64,000 nt of DNA from Patescibacteria group bacterium (lineage in GTDB: Bacteria; Patescibacteriota; Minisyncoccia; Phycocordibacterales; Phycocordibacteraceae), in assembly GCA_018970425.1 (NCBI GenBank), contig JAGWWK010000002.1, forward strand, positions 72,068 to 136,067, written 5' to 3'. Under the pieces are notes generated by a model. That model saw only the letters and a list, made by a program, of their open reading frames with translations, had not been told where the DNA came from and searched no databases. This document shows, piece after piece, positions 1-11,589 of the stretch (position 1 is its first letter; the number at the start of each line of letters is the position of its first letter). The position numbers and the translations under genes are program-made.

Positions 1-33
1 GCTCTCGCGACCTTTTCAGCGTATACTGAGGAC

Positions 34-104
34 AGCGGGGTGGAGGAGTGGTACCTCACAAGGCTCATAACCTTGGGACCCAGGTTCGAATCCTGGCCCC
101 GCAA
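34..104 (+). tRNA. tRNA-Met(CAT), initiator-like
   Basis: AGCGGGG/CCCCGCA acceptor with 1:72 mismatch, anticodon arm CAAGG-CTCATAA-CCTTG, T-loop GTTCGAATC; CCA not encoded. Confidence 0.92.
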
Positions 105-154
105 CACGATGTACGCGCCGCGCCTGCGGCGCGTTTTGCTACCCTACCCCGCGG

Positions 155-1009
155 TCACACTCGACGAAACTCTTCAAGTACTTGTTCGTAAAGCTTCATG
201 GTGCGAAACGCCTCGCGTTGCGTAAGTATGAACTGCGATCCGCGCTCCACAACAAAATTATGGATGCGATGCGCCTCCCATGCCTGCGGGAGCGTAACAA
301 ACGCACCCTCAGGAACTGCACGGAGTTGCTCGCTAACAGTCGTTCCCGTATACCCGAGACCTGACAACACATCTCCAAGGAAAGTGTCCGCTGAGCGAAT
401 AGCTTCTTTCCACTGTTTCGGATCTTTGCTCATTGAAAGCGAAAGAAGTTCTTGCCAGCGACTCGCCACGGCCGTACGTGAGCGCGTGTGCGGTACAACG
501 GTGCGGTACTTGCGCCACTCTGTAATGCGTATGATGCAGAGAAGCACTGCGGCGCCAATAATCGCTAGCACGAACACTCCTGAAATAGCGTATGAAATAA
601 ATGAAAACGCACCCCACAACGCGCCGAGGAACCATGCAACTCCAAAAAAAGCTGAAACTACCGGTTGTGGGATAAATCCCGCGATTGCGCTGAAAAATTG
701 CGAGAGAATACTTACTGCACCACCCGCAGTCACTACCCCCTCAGCGCTCGCCGACCCAGCTTGAAACGGCCACAACCACGACCAGAATCCGCTACCCAGA
801 GCGCTCTGTGCCGCACTGACTCCCTCAGGGCTCACCGCTCCACCACCCGAAACTAGAGCGGAACCGCTCACGAGCGGTATACCAGCATCGGTGCACCCTC
901 CACCAATAAGCGAAATGAGCCAGCAGTACACATACTGCCAATTAATGAATGGCACGGGAGGCACAGTTTCGAGAGCCACCTCTGCGATTGCGGCAACGTT
1001 AAGGCTCAT
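155..1009 (-). CDS. hypothetical membrane protein
   Basis: 284-aa ORF with several hydrophobic segments and a soluble C-terminal domain; start overlaps gatA stop. Confidence 0.75.
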   Translation of the reverse strand: MSLNVAAIAEVALETVPPVPFINWQYVYCWLISLIGGGCTDAGIPLVSGSALVSGGGAVSPEGVSAAQSALGSGFWSWLWPFQAGSASAEGVVTAGGAVSILSQFFSAIAGFIPQPVVSAFFGVAWFLGALWGAFSFISYAISGVFVLAIIGAAVLLCIIRITEWRKYRTVVPHTRSRTAVASRWQELLSLSMSKDPKQWKEAIRSADTFLGDVLSGLGYTGTTVSEQLRAVPEGAFVTLPQAWEAHRIHNFVVERGSQFILTQREAFRTMKLYEQVLEEFRRV

Positions 1010-2418
1010 GCTTCGTTTCGAGCCGCGCGCGCGATGTCAAAGAGCGACGCGTCCATTCTACGCGGAGCCATAAATTGAATACCTAAAGGAAGCTCAACAC
1101 CGTCACGTTCTACATGTCCCATCGGTACGGAAATCGCCGGCATACCGGCAAGATTCGCAGGAGCAGAAAAGATATCCTCGAGGTACATAGACACAGGATC
1201 AGACTTCTCACCGAGCTTAAACGCCGGTCCAGGAGCGGTAGGCGTCGCAATAAATGATACCGACTCGAACGCGCGTGCCAAATCAGCCGCTACCTGCGCT
1301 CGCAGGACTGTAGCTTTTCGGTAATACGCATCACAGTATCCGGATGAGAGGACGTGGGTGCCGAGTATGATTCGCCGCCGCGTTTCAGGGCCGAAACCGG
1401 CGGCACGCGAGCGCTCGTAGTCTTCGCGGAGGGTCGCGCCGTCTACATGGAGACCGTACCGCATACCATCAAGTCGCGCGAGATTAGTTGAGACTTCCGC
1501 GGGCATAATTATGTAGTACGCGGGAAGCGCAAGTGGTGCGCTCTCTAACTCTATATCGACTATGTCGTATCCTTCGGAAGCGAGCTCGGCGAGCTTCTTT
1601 TCAAAAACGAGTCTCGTCTCTGACTGCGCATCAGCGACGAATGCACGCGGAACACCAATGCGCTTCGTTCGCGGAGGAGTAGTATCAAACGCAGGTAGCG
1701 TTGTTCCGTCGAGCGGGTCCGCACCTCGAATCGCATTAAACACGAGCTCCGCGTCACGAACCGTGCGCGCGAAGGGGCCAATTTGGTCAAGCGAGGAACC
1801 CATCGCGATTAAGCCTGATCTCGATACTGCACCATAGGTCGGTTTAAAACCGACGATGCCGCACAGAGAAGCTGGCTGACGTATTGAACCGCAGGTCTCA
1901 GAGCCAAGTGCGAGCGGCGCGAGGTGCGCCGCAACAGCCGCAGCCGATCCGCCTGACGAGCCGCCAGGGACACGTGTTTCATCATGCGGATTTTTTGTGG
2001 GACCGAATGCCGAATGCTCGGTTGAGGAACCCATGGCAAACTCGTCCATGTTCGTGCGCCCAAGGAATACCGCGTGCGCGGCTCGTAACTTCGTTATAGC
2101 AGTCGCATCATAGGTTGCTACGTAGTGCTCAAGCATCTTTGATGCAGCGCTCACACGCTTTCCCTGTATCAAAATATTATCTTTTATCGCGATAGGTACG
2201 CCGCAGAGGGGATGCGCTTCAGTACCCTTTTCCGCGAGTACGCGGTCAGCCTCACGCGCAGCATCTTCGGCGTCTGCGAACACTTCAATGTACGCGTTCA
2301 GAGCAGGGTTTAGCTCAGCGATGCGAGCAAGATGCGCGCGGGTAACCTCAAGCGCGCTGAATGTTTTGTCGCGAAGACCGCGCGCGATCTCAGCGGCAGA
2401 TTGATCAGTGATGTTCAT
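1006..2418 (-). CDS. gatA: Asp/Glu-tRNA amidotransferase subunit A
   Basis: amidase signature GGSSGGSAAAVAA, IAIKDNI, NMDEFAMGSS, NLARLDGMRYG. Confidence 0.97.
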   Translation of the reverse strand: MNITDQSAAEIARGLRDKTFSALEVTRAHLARIAELNPALNAYIEVFADAEDAAREADRVLAEKGTEAHPLCGVPIAIKDNILIQGKRVSAASKMLEHYVATYDATAITKLRAAHAVFLGRTNMDEFAMGSSTEHSAFGPTKNPHDETRVPGGSSGGSAAAVAAHLAPLALGSETCGSIRQPASLCGIVGFKPTYGAVSRSGLIAMGSSLDQIGPFARTVRDAELVFNAIRGADPLDGTTLPAFDTTPPRTKRIGVPRAFVADAQSETRLVFEKKLAELASEGYDIVDIELESAPLALPAYYIIMPAEVSTNLARLDGMRYGLHVDGATLREDYERSRAAGFGPETRRRIILGTHVLSSGYCDAYYRKATVLRAQVAADLARAFESVSFIATPTAPGPAFKLGEKSDPVSMYLEDIFSAPANLAGMPAISVPMGHVERDGVELPLGIQFMAPRRMDASLFDIARAARNEA

Positions 2419-2714
2419 GGCGAGCCGATTATTTTTTTGACGCGCAGGTACCCGTCTTCGGCATCTGGGAATTGTGCCGTGATCTCGGCAGTATGCGCGC
2501 CTGACTCGTGTGTAACTCGGTCCTCGCGTAGCACATTTATAAGATCCGTATGTGGCACTCGTGATGCGGCATCAGGAAGAGAAACGGAGGCAACAGCCTC
2601 AATGTAGTTTACTATTGAGTCAAGCTCGCCGCGTAAGGTTTCTACCTCCTGATCAGAGAGCGAGAGTCGACTGAGCTCCGCGAGTTTTTTGACTTCATCA
2701 ACTGAAACCGCCAT
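2415..2714 (-). CDS. gatC: Asp/Glu-tRNA amidotransferase subunit C
   Basis: VKKLAELSRL...NVLRED...GYLRVKKI; directly upstream of gatA; start moved to ATG 2714 behind a -10 box. Confidence 0.93.
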   Translation of the reverse strand: MAVSVDEVKKLAELSRLSLSDQEVETLRGELDSIVNYIEAVASVSLPDAASRVPHTDLINVLREDRVTHESGAHTAEITAQFPDAEDGYLRVKKIIGSP

Positions 2715-2761
2715 ACGCATGATTCTACCATTGATGGGCGTTTCGGCCACCTCTCAATCAG

Positions 2762-4771
<2,010 letters not shown>

Positions 4772-5260
4772 CTAGTAGGTCACGCGGATGGCGCGCTCCA
4801 GGCGCAGCGGGTCGCTTACCGTGCAGGTGTTGCGGCCGAATGATTCGATCACTGTCTGCTTCGGCTCTGAACGCGTGACGCGTACATCAGTGCACTGCTC
4901 CTTCGGCACCCCTCCGGTACGGACCGTAAATGTAGTCACATAGGTCGTCCCGGTAAGCGCGCGAGCAAGCGTAGATGTTGCTCGGCCGCAGGGTAGCTCC
5001 GCAACTTGTGACGATGTCGCAAACGCATCGAGCTGCGCATCGGCCCAGAGCGCACACTCAACACCAGAGTCCGCCGCGTAGAACGCGAACTGTGATTCCC
5101 TTCCTGAAAACGAAAGGGCAACTTCTTTAGTCGTGAAGTTATAGATTTCGTAGCCGATCGTTAAGAGAATACTTGCGATAAGCACTGACAGAAGAAGTGT
5201 GAATCCTCTCCGTGCACCATATCGTTTTCGATTCGTTTGAACGTTGTGCATCATAGCCAA
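4772..5260 (-). CDS. minor pilin, PilX-like
   Basis: RRG|FTLLLSVLI prepilin-like signal lacking Glu5, FYAADSGVEC. Confidence 0.8.
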   Translation of the reverse strand: MAMMHNVQTNRKRYGARRGFTLLLSVLIASILLTIGYEIYNFTTKEVALSFSGRESQFAFYAADSGVECALWADAQLDAFATSSQVAELPCGRATSTLARALTGTTYVTTFTVRTGGVPKEQCTDVRVTRSEPKQTVIESFGRNTCTVSDPLRLERAIRVTY

Positions 5261-5799
5261 TCGAGTATGCGCTCTTCAAGTATAAATTCTCGTGATACGC
5301 CCGATGATCGCCATGAGACGCGTACTGTAATAATCCGCTCATCCGGATTTTCTGCATCCGCAGTGATGCGTACGGTCCGAGTAAAGGGAGACTGATCACC
5401 GGTTGCGTGATTAAAGAGTTTACCGATTTGAGACACGCGAAGCGGTTCACACGCGGTCACGCAGGGAGCGTAGGTAAAGGTGGTGAAGTCTACGGTACAG
5501 TCTGTCTGCGTGCATGCCTCCTCAATGCCTTGTAGCCAGGGAGTACCGCGTAAATAGTTCTCATCGCGCACTGCTCGCACAAACTCTACACCCTCCTGCG
5601 CAAGGTAAAACGCAGTCACCTGATCTCGCGCATAGTATGCGCTTCGTAGCGACTGCTGCGCTATAGCGAATGGTCCAAGAAGCGCCATAAGCAGAACCGC
5701 GACCGCAACCAAAGTCTCAAGGAGCGTGAACGCGCGCACCTGCCCCGCTCTATGAAACGCGTACTGTTTCAAGGTGACTTGGTGTGGTGTAGATCTCAT
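5251..5799 (-). CDS. minor pilin, PilV-like
   Basis: RA|FTLLETLVA prepilin motif, FYLAQEGVE. Confidence 0.85.
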   Translation of the reverse strand: MRSTPHQVTLKQYAFHRAGQVRAFTLLETLVAVAVLLMALLGPFAIAQQSLRSAYYARDQVTAFYLAQEGVEFVRAVRDENYLRGTPWLQGIEEACTQTDCTVDFTTFTYAPCVTACEPLRVSQIGKLFNHATGDQSPFTRTVRITADAENPDERIITVRVSWRSSGVSREFILEERILDWL

Positions 5800-6440
5800 A
5801 TATCAAGAAGCCTTTGCGTTACTGCTGACTGGACGGAGAATTGCGTAGCACCTCCCTGCACTTCGGCCGTTCCGCGGATAGAAATGAGTATGCGCGGCTG
5901 CGCGGTGTTGCCGCCAAGTAAGGGATCAGTACCTGTCACATAAAAGCGAAAATCAGTTATTTCAACCTCGGGCGCAGTGACCGCCACCCAGGCACCATTT
6001 TTTGTGCCGTTAGCGCATGTTTGCGCAAGACCTGAGCAGAGTGAACGCTCGATCTGGGTGCCATTTAAACGATACACGGTTTGGTCGTTCGGGTCATCTA
6101 TCGAACCACCCGATGACTCAAACGCGATGAGTAATCCGCCGTTTGGACAATCACGCGGGAATTGGAGAACGGTCGGTGACGGGGCAACCGCGCTGTCAGA
6201 ACAAAAGTAGGAAGAGCCGACGCGCGCGGAGCGAGATATCTGCTCGACCGCAGCATTCACATTGTTCATAACTGAGTTGATCGCCTGCGCTCGCGCATTG
6301 ACCGCAACCATACTGAGGAGCGCGCCAACGCCGACCATCATGACAATTGAGAAAATTGACACCGCAACCATGAGCTCAATAAGTGTGAAGCCGCGCGGGC
6401 TGTACGGCACCATCTGTTGTGATCGTAGTGAGTACTTCAT
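5796..6440 (-). CDS. minor pilin, PilW-like
   Basis: RG|FTLIELMVA prepilin motif. Confidence 0.85.
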   Translation of the reverse strand: MKYSLRSQQMVPYSPRGFTLIELMVAVSIFSIVMMVGVGALLSMVAVNARAQAINSVMNNVNAAVEQISRSARVGSSYFCSDSAVAPSPTVLQFPRDCPNGGLLIAFESSGGSIDDPNDQTVYRLNGTQIERSLCSGLAQTCANGTKNGAWVAVTAPEVEITDFRFYVTGTDPLLGGNTAQPRILISIRGTAEVQGGATQFSVQSAVTQRLLDI

Positions 6441-7003
6441 GGTTTCTGAACGGAAATCTGTCCGGTCGATTGCACGGAAATCGTGCGCGTTTCTCCTGAG
6501 CGAGATTGAATAGTTATCTTCGCGCTTGAGAATGCTTTTGGATCTGAGCCGGTGATGGTTGCGTCAGGGTTCGGGCGCAGAAACGCAATATCAAGATGCT
6601 CAAGGGCAGTTGAACTGCGAGAACATTCGACACCTTGGTCTACGCGAGTGCCGCACAGGTTCGAAACGGTAAAGCCACGCCCGAGCGTGTACTGTCGCAC
6701 GACCTGGTCTACGCCCGCGTCATATCGGCGATTACGCACCGGGTCGGTATCCGCAAATAGTATGTACTCAGTCGGAGAAGCGAAGTGAACGCCATACCCT
6801 ACTTGAAACTCTCCGGCAAATGCTTGCGTCGAGAGGCCGTACACTTGCGCCTCGCGGATGGTGAGCGCGATGTCGTACGCGGCGTTTCCAAGAAGCACCG
6901 AGGAATTGAATTGATTGTTGTTTGCAAGCACTATGCCAGTGATAACAGTGAGAATACTCACACTCACGAGAAGTTCAATTAGCGAAAAGGCACGCGTCAC
7001 CAT
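6437..7003 (-). CDS. minor pilin, FimT/GspH-like
   Basis: RA|FSLIELLVS prepilin motif. Confidence 0.85.
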   Translation of the reverse strand: MVTRAFSLIELLVSVSILTVITGIVLANNNQFNSSVLLGNAAYDIALTIREAQVYGLSTQAFAGEFQVGYGVHFASPTEYILFADTDPVRNRRYDAGVDQVVRQYTLGRGFTVSNLCGTRVDQGVECSRSSTALEHLDIAFLRPNPDATITGSDPKAFSSAKITIQSRSGETRTISVQSTGQISVQKP

Positions 7004-7818
7004 AGAGGTAGTGAGATACCGAACGCACTCAGCCCGAGACTAAACTCCCATGCAATGAGAGCTCCGAGCGCGAGAAAAGGTGCGAACGGTATCTCTGACT
7101 GCAGTGTAACGCGCGCACCTCCGGTACCCAGCGCACTACGCTGGAAAACTGATTGCACCACGATAAGCGTGAGTCCGACCACGGTACCGATCCAGACTGC
7201 AAGCATAGATGCAATCACTCCTTGTTCTAAGCCAAGCATCATACCGATTACTGCCGCAACGTACGCGTCGCCAATCCCCATTCCACGACCGCGCGTGATC
7301 GCAACAAGAAGTGCGAAAAAACCGCCGCACACTGCCGCTCCGATGAGCGCTTCAGAAATCGGCACACTCAGTGCGTATGATCGTGCCACTGCGGCGCCGA
7401 ACGCGAGTGCTGCGAGCACGCCAATGAGTGGCAGCGGCATCAACGTATGGCGGATATCGTAGACAACAAGCGCTAATAGGACGACCCAGAAAAGTGCGGT
7501 CAGCGCAAACACGACTTCAAGCCCCAAAGACAATGCCCCCATATGAAGATACGAGAGCACGAAGAGTATACCCGATCCCAGTTCAACCAAGGGGTACTGC
7601 GCTGAAATCCCGCTACCACAGCGTCTACACCTACCACCCAGAAGTACATAGGAGACAAGCGGAATAAGATCGTACGCGCCGAGTGTCCCATTACACGCCA
7701 TGCACGCACTCCGTGGCGCATCATGCTCACGAAAGCCGTACCGAAAAATGAAGACGTTGAGGAAACTACCGACGCAGGCGCCGAGCACAAAGACAAGTGC
7801 AAGAACGCCTAGTTCCAT
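6997..7818 (-). CDS. pilD: prepilin peptidase
   Basis: GSFLNV, two CxxC pairs, YPLVEL, GMGIGD, IPFAPFL. Confidence 0.95.
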   Translation of the reverse strand: MELGVLALVFVLGACVGSFLNVFIFRYGFREHDAPRSACMACNGTLGAYDLIPLVSYVLLGGRCRRCGSGISAQYPLVELGSGILFVLSYLHMGALSLGLEVVFALTALFWVVLLALVVYDIRHTLMPLPLIGVLAALAFGAAVARSYALSVPISEALIGAAVCGGFFALLVAITRGRGMGIGDAYVAAVIGMMLGLEQGVIASMLAVWIGTVVGLTLIVVQSVFQRSALGTGGARVTLQSEIPFAPFLALGALIAWEFSLGLSAFGISLPLW

Positions 7819-7821
7819 GCG

Positions 7822-8301
7822 TTATGGAACAACGTCGTAGCAGGCGCGTCCTGAGGTACTACCGCCCCCACAGTCTGAAGGTGAGGAACTTGAGCCATCA
7901 GCGCCGTTAATGACTGTACTCGCCAGATCACGATCAGACCTAAGCGCCGGATGAGACCACTCTTCAAGGTTTGCGCCAAGGTGATAGCTTGCGCCACCCG
8001 TCAGCGTGCCATAGAAATAGTTTGTCGGTGTACCCGAAAGAGGAGCTGGGTCAGCAGGAAGCACAGGAATCATGTTGTCCGTAACAAGAGCACTCAATGA
8101 AGCTGGGTACGTTTGATACTTATCAAAATAAAACTGGAGCGCAAGCTGGAGCTGTTTAATGTCTGCCACACGTTTCGCGTCACGGCCTTTTACACGCGCT
8201 GAGTTGAGCGATGTCAGCACAACTGCGGAAAGAATACCGATGATTGCAATTACGACGAGAAGTTCAATCAGTGTGAACCCGCGCGAAGTTGTATGTTTCA
8301 T
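7822..8301 (-). CDS. type IV pilin (paralog 2)
   Basis: RG|FTLIELLVVIAIIGILS, RDAKRVAD, C-terminal Cys pair. Confidence 0.93.
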   Translation of the reverse strand: MKHTTSRGFTLIELLVVIAIIGILSAVVLTSLNSARVKGRDAKRVADIKQLQLALQFYFDKYQTYPASLSALVTDNMIPVLPADPAPLSGTPTNYFYGTLTGGASYHLGANLEEWSHPALRSDRDLASTVINGADGSSSSPSDCGGGSTSGRACYDVVP

Positions 8302-8318
8302 ACGTTCATCGTAACGCG

Positions 8319-8352
8319 AAAATCCCCACCCCGCGTGCGGGATGGGGATTTT
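8319..8352. terminator. bidirectional intrinsic terminator-like hairpin between the two pilins
   Basis: AAAATCCCCA-CCCCGCGTGCGGGA-TGGGGATTTT inverted repeat with A/T tails. Confidence 0.75.
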
Positions 8353-8363
8353 GTACGGGTCTA

Positions 8364-8834
8364 CTATGGCCTAAGGTTATAGCAGAACCGACCTGTCGTG
8401 GAACCGGAGCAGGGACCGGTGTCCGCGGTGTTTACACAGGCCGTAGCGCCAGTGAGCGCAACGTCAACATCGGAGTTGAGTGCTGCATTCGTACCTTCTT
8501 CGAGGTTAGCGCAGAGTGCATATGACTGACCGCCTGAGGCAAGGTCGTACCCATACGGGACCGCAGTACCAACCGGATCGTTAGGGACCGTTGCGATGTA
8601 CGCTGTGGTGAGCGCGCTCAACGTCGCAGGGTATGCGTTATTCGCATCATAGAAGAGCTGAAGCGCAAGCTGGAGCTGTTTAAGGTCAGCAACACGGCGC
8701 GCATCGCGACTCTTCACGCGTGCTGTATTGAGCGACGCGAGAACGACCGCGGAGAGGATACCAATAATGGCAATCACGACGAGGAGCTCAATGAGCGTAA
8801 AGCCTCGAGGCGATTTTCGTAGTTGTATGAACAT
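8364..8834 (-). CDS. type IV pilin (probable major pilin)
   Basis: RG|FTLIELLVVIAIIGILS; start moved to ATG 8834; TACAAT box upstream and terminator downstream. Confidence 0.92.
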   Translation of the reverse strand: MFIQLRKSPRGFTLIELLVVIAIIGILSAVVLASLNTARVKSRDARRVADLKQLQLALQLFYDANNAYPATLSALTTAYIATVPNDPVGTAVPYGYDLASGGQSYALCANLEEGTNAALNSDVDVALTGATACVNTADTGPCSGSTTGRFCYNLRP

Positions 8835-8922
8835 TTCGTTACTAATAGGTAAATAATGACCATCGCGGTCAGGCTCATTGTAGCCCCTCAGTGCGTGCCT
8901 GGCGAGTCTCGTGTGGAAAAAG

Positions 8923-10131
8923 CTAGATAGCCGAAGAGATGTTGTAGATCGGCACAAGGACCGATGTGAGAAGAATGCCGACGCCGAGGCCGAGTGTCAC
9001 AATCATAAACGGCTCAATGAGGTCAACCAGCGTGTCGACCGAGTTTGAAACTTCGCGGTTATAGAATTTTGCGAGCGTTTTAAGTATTGCGCCCATCTCG
9101 CCGGTTTCCTCACCCACGCGTATCATGGCCGTCATGATGCCCGGCACCTCGGGGTGCGTCTCGAGCGTAGCGGATATAGCGCCGCCCCCTTTGACGTTAG
9201 CCGCGACATCTGCAAGGATCGGCTCATACACTGCACTTCCAACAACCGAGCTTGTAATTTCAACCGCCTGCACCACTGCGATACCGGACGTGAGCATCGT
9301 CGACATATTGTCGGCAATGCGCGCGAGGTAGAGCTTTCTCACCAGGTCGCCGATGTAAGGGATAGAGAGCACGAATCGGTCAAACGCAAGGCGACCCATT
9401 TGCGTGCGCGAGTATCTGAAGAGAAACACTCCTCCCACTACGAGCGCAATCAAAAGGAGTACGCCGTAGTTCACAAAAAAGTTGCTGAGCCCGATGACCG
9501 CGCGCGTGTAAATAGGAATCTCCTGTCCCGAGTCAATCAATATCTGCGAGATGTTCGGAATTACAAACGTCATCATGAGGATCATGACGACGATAAACGT
9601 TGAAATTACAAACGCTGGGTAAATGAGTGCGTTCCGCGCTTTCGATGAAATCTCGTATGAGCGGTCTAGGTAATCTGCAAGATAAACGAACGTCTCATCA
9701 AGTTTTCCTGCCTCTTCTCCTGCGCGAACCATATTCACGTAAAAGCGCGAAAAAATCTTAGGATGCTTTTCAAGTGACTTCGATATCGACAACCCGCCCT
9801 GAATATCATCTGCGATGGCAGTGAGCGTAGTGCGCAAAAGAGGCTTATCCGCCTCGGTAGCAAGTAGTCTGAAAATGCGAAGCGCGGATACTTGCGCCTC
9901 AAAGAGCGTAGATATTTCGCGCGATAAAAGTACGATGTCCCTTGTTGCAACCGTATCAAAAATTTTGAGAGATACAGAAAATCCTGCCCCCTCTTCAGTC
10001 GCCTCCTCTACCGCGGTAACGGAAAGGCCGCGCCGCTGGAGTGACGTGATAGCGACATCTCGAGAAACGGCATCAATAGTGCCGCTCTGCCGCGCGCCAT
10101 TTTGGTCGATTGCTTCGTAGGAAAAGAGCAT
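8923..10131 (-). CDS. pilC: type IV pilus platform protein (GspF family)
   Basis: AGEEAGKLDE, ALIYP, VGEETGEM, LIEP repeats. Confidence 0.95.
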   Translation of the reverse strand: MLFSYEAIDQNGARQSGTIDAVSRDVAITSLQRRGLSVTAVEEATEEGAGFSVSLKIFDTVATRDIVLLSREISTLFEAQVSALRIFRLLATEADKPLLRTTLTAIADDIQGGLSISKSLEKHPKIFSRFYVNMVRAGEEAGKLDETFVYLADYLDRSYEISSKARNALIYPAFVISTFIVVMILMMTFVIPNISQILIDSGQEIPIYTRAVIGLSNFFVNYGVLLLIALVVGGVFLFRYSRTQMGRLAFDRFVLSIPYIGDLVRKLYLARIADNMSTMLTSGIAVVQAVEITSSVVGSAVYEPILADVAANVKGGGAISATLETHPEVPGIMTAMIRVGEETGEMGAILKTLAKFYNREVSNSVDTLVDLIEPFMIVTLGLGVGILLTSVLVPIYNISSAI

Positions 10132-10134
10132 AGA

Positions 10135-11202
10135 TTAAATAAGTCGCATAAAGGTCTTTGGATTCAGCGATCGCGCAATAGCCACCTCAGGCGTCACCTC
10201 ACCCCGGCGTACGAGCTCTGCGAGTGTTCTATTCATATCTATCATGCCGAGCTCTGAACCGGTCTCAATGACCGCATTAATCTCGTGCGTCCGACGCTCG
10301 CGAATGAGGTTCGACACCGCTTCGGTATTTATTAGTAACTCGTACGCAGGTACCAGACCTCCTGAAATTCGCGGCACCAGCCGCTGCGAGAAGATGCCTG
10401 CCAACGAGGATGCGAGCTGCAAGCGGATCTGATCTTGCTGCGTTGACGGAAACGTATCAATAATGCGGTCAATAGTCTGCGCAGCATTATTTGTGTGGAG
10501 CGTGGAGAGCACCAAGTGTCCAGTTTCTGCGGCTGTAACCGCAGCCGACATGGTCTCGGGACCGCGCATTTCACCCACCATGACCACATCGACGTCCTGC
10601 CTGAATGCCGAGAGGAGCGCTGACTGGAATGTGTGCGTGTCAATCTTCACCTCGCGCTGGTTGATCACGGAGTTCTTGCTCTCAAATGTATACTCGATCG
10701 GATCTTCAATCGTGAGGATGTGCTCGGTACGATCCTGATTGATTTTCTCAATCATTGCAGCAAGCGTTGTCGACTTGCCTTGTCCGACTGGCCCCACGAC
10801 AAGAAAGAAACCTTGCTGGAGCTGCGTAAATGTCTCAAGAATGGGGGGCAAATTAAGTTCAGCAAACGTCTTGATCTGTTTCGGAATGAGCCGTAGAGCT
10901 ATTGAAACACTACCCTGCTGTATAAATGCATTCCCTCGGAAGCGTGCTGCAGTTTTGTATGAGTATGAAAAGTCGAGCTCCTGCGCATCGTCAAACTCCG
11001 CGAGTTTGACTGCACCAACAAGCGCGGCAAGAATGCCTCGCGTATCTTCCGGTGTATACTCTGGTTTTTTAACGAGCGGTATCAAGTTGCCTGAGACGCG
11101 AAGTATGGGCCTTGAGTGGGCAGAAAAATGGAGGTCAGACGCGCCTTCAGCAATCACCGTCTGCAGAAGTTCATCGAGTTCTTTTTGATAGTCGAGTGCC
11201 AT
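10135..11202 (-). CDS. pilT: pilus retraction ATPase
   Basis: GPVGQGKSTT, TIEDPIE, VGEMR, AAETGHLVLSTLHT. Confidence 0.95.
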   Translation of the reverse strand: MALDYQKELDELLQTVIAEGASDLHFSAHSRPILRVSGNLIPLVKKPEYTPEDTRGILAALVGAVKLAEFDDAQELDFSYSYKTAARFRGNAFIQQGSVSIALRLIPKQIKTFAELNLPPILETFTQLQQGFFLVVGPVGQGKSTTLAAMIEKINQDRTEHILTIEDPIEYTFESKNSVINQREVKIDTHTFQSALLSAFRQDVDVVMVGEMRGPETMSAAVTAAETGHLVLSTLHTNNAAQTIDRIIDTFPSTQQDQIRLQLASSLAGIFSQRLVPRISGGLVPAYELLINTEAVSNLIRERRTHEINAVIETGSELGMIDMNRTLAELVRRGEVTPEVAIARSLNPKTFMRLI

Positions 11203-11207
11203 ACCGG

Positions 11208-11588
11208 TTATGAGGCGCAGAGCGCGCGAACTTTCTCACATATCTCCGAGGGAATCGCGCTTGATTTAATAATGTACTCTTTGACACCGAGTTGGTTCGC
11301 GCGTGCTACCTCCTCTTCCTGACTCTGGTTTGTGAGCACCACAAGTGTTGCGCCACCAGCGAGTTGCTCGCGCTTCAGTGCCTCGAGAAAGTCGAATCCG
11401 GACATCTTCGGCATGATGATGTCGACCATGATGAGGTCCGGACGCGCGCCGGCGCGGAGCTTTTCAAGCGCAAGCGTTGCATCTGGTATAGCTTCTACCG
11501 GAAGGCCATACTCCTGAAACTTGAGCGCGTAGATCTCAAGGAGAAGCGTGTCGTCATCAATGATGTAAATCAGTTTTCCTGTAGGCAT
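11208..11588 (-). CDS. single-domain response regulator (CheY-like)
   Basis: IIDDD, DIIMPKMSG, LTN, IIKS receiver motifs. Confidence 0.92.
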   Translation of the reverse strand: MPTGKLIYIIDDDTLLLEIYALKFQEYGLPVEAIPDATLALEKLRAGARPDLIMVDIIMPKMSGFDFLEALKREQLAGGATLVVLTNQSQEEEVARANQLGVKEYIIKSSAIPSEICEKVRALCAS

Positions 11589-11589
11589 A

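Noticed and set aside
1006-2418. UGA recoding (genetic code 25)
   Set aside because: gatA, gatC and others end at TGA at the expected lengths, and conserved genes have no internal TGA.
7822-8834. Diversity-generating retroelement TR/VR pair among the pilins or Cys repeats
   Set aside because: No reverse transcriptase, and differences between copies are not adenine-specific.
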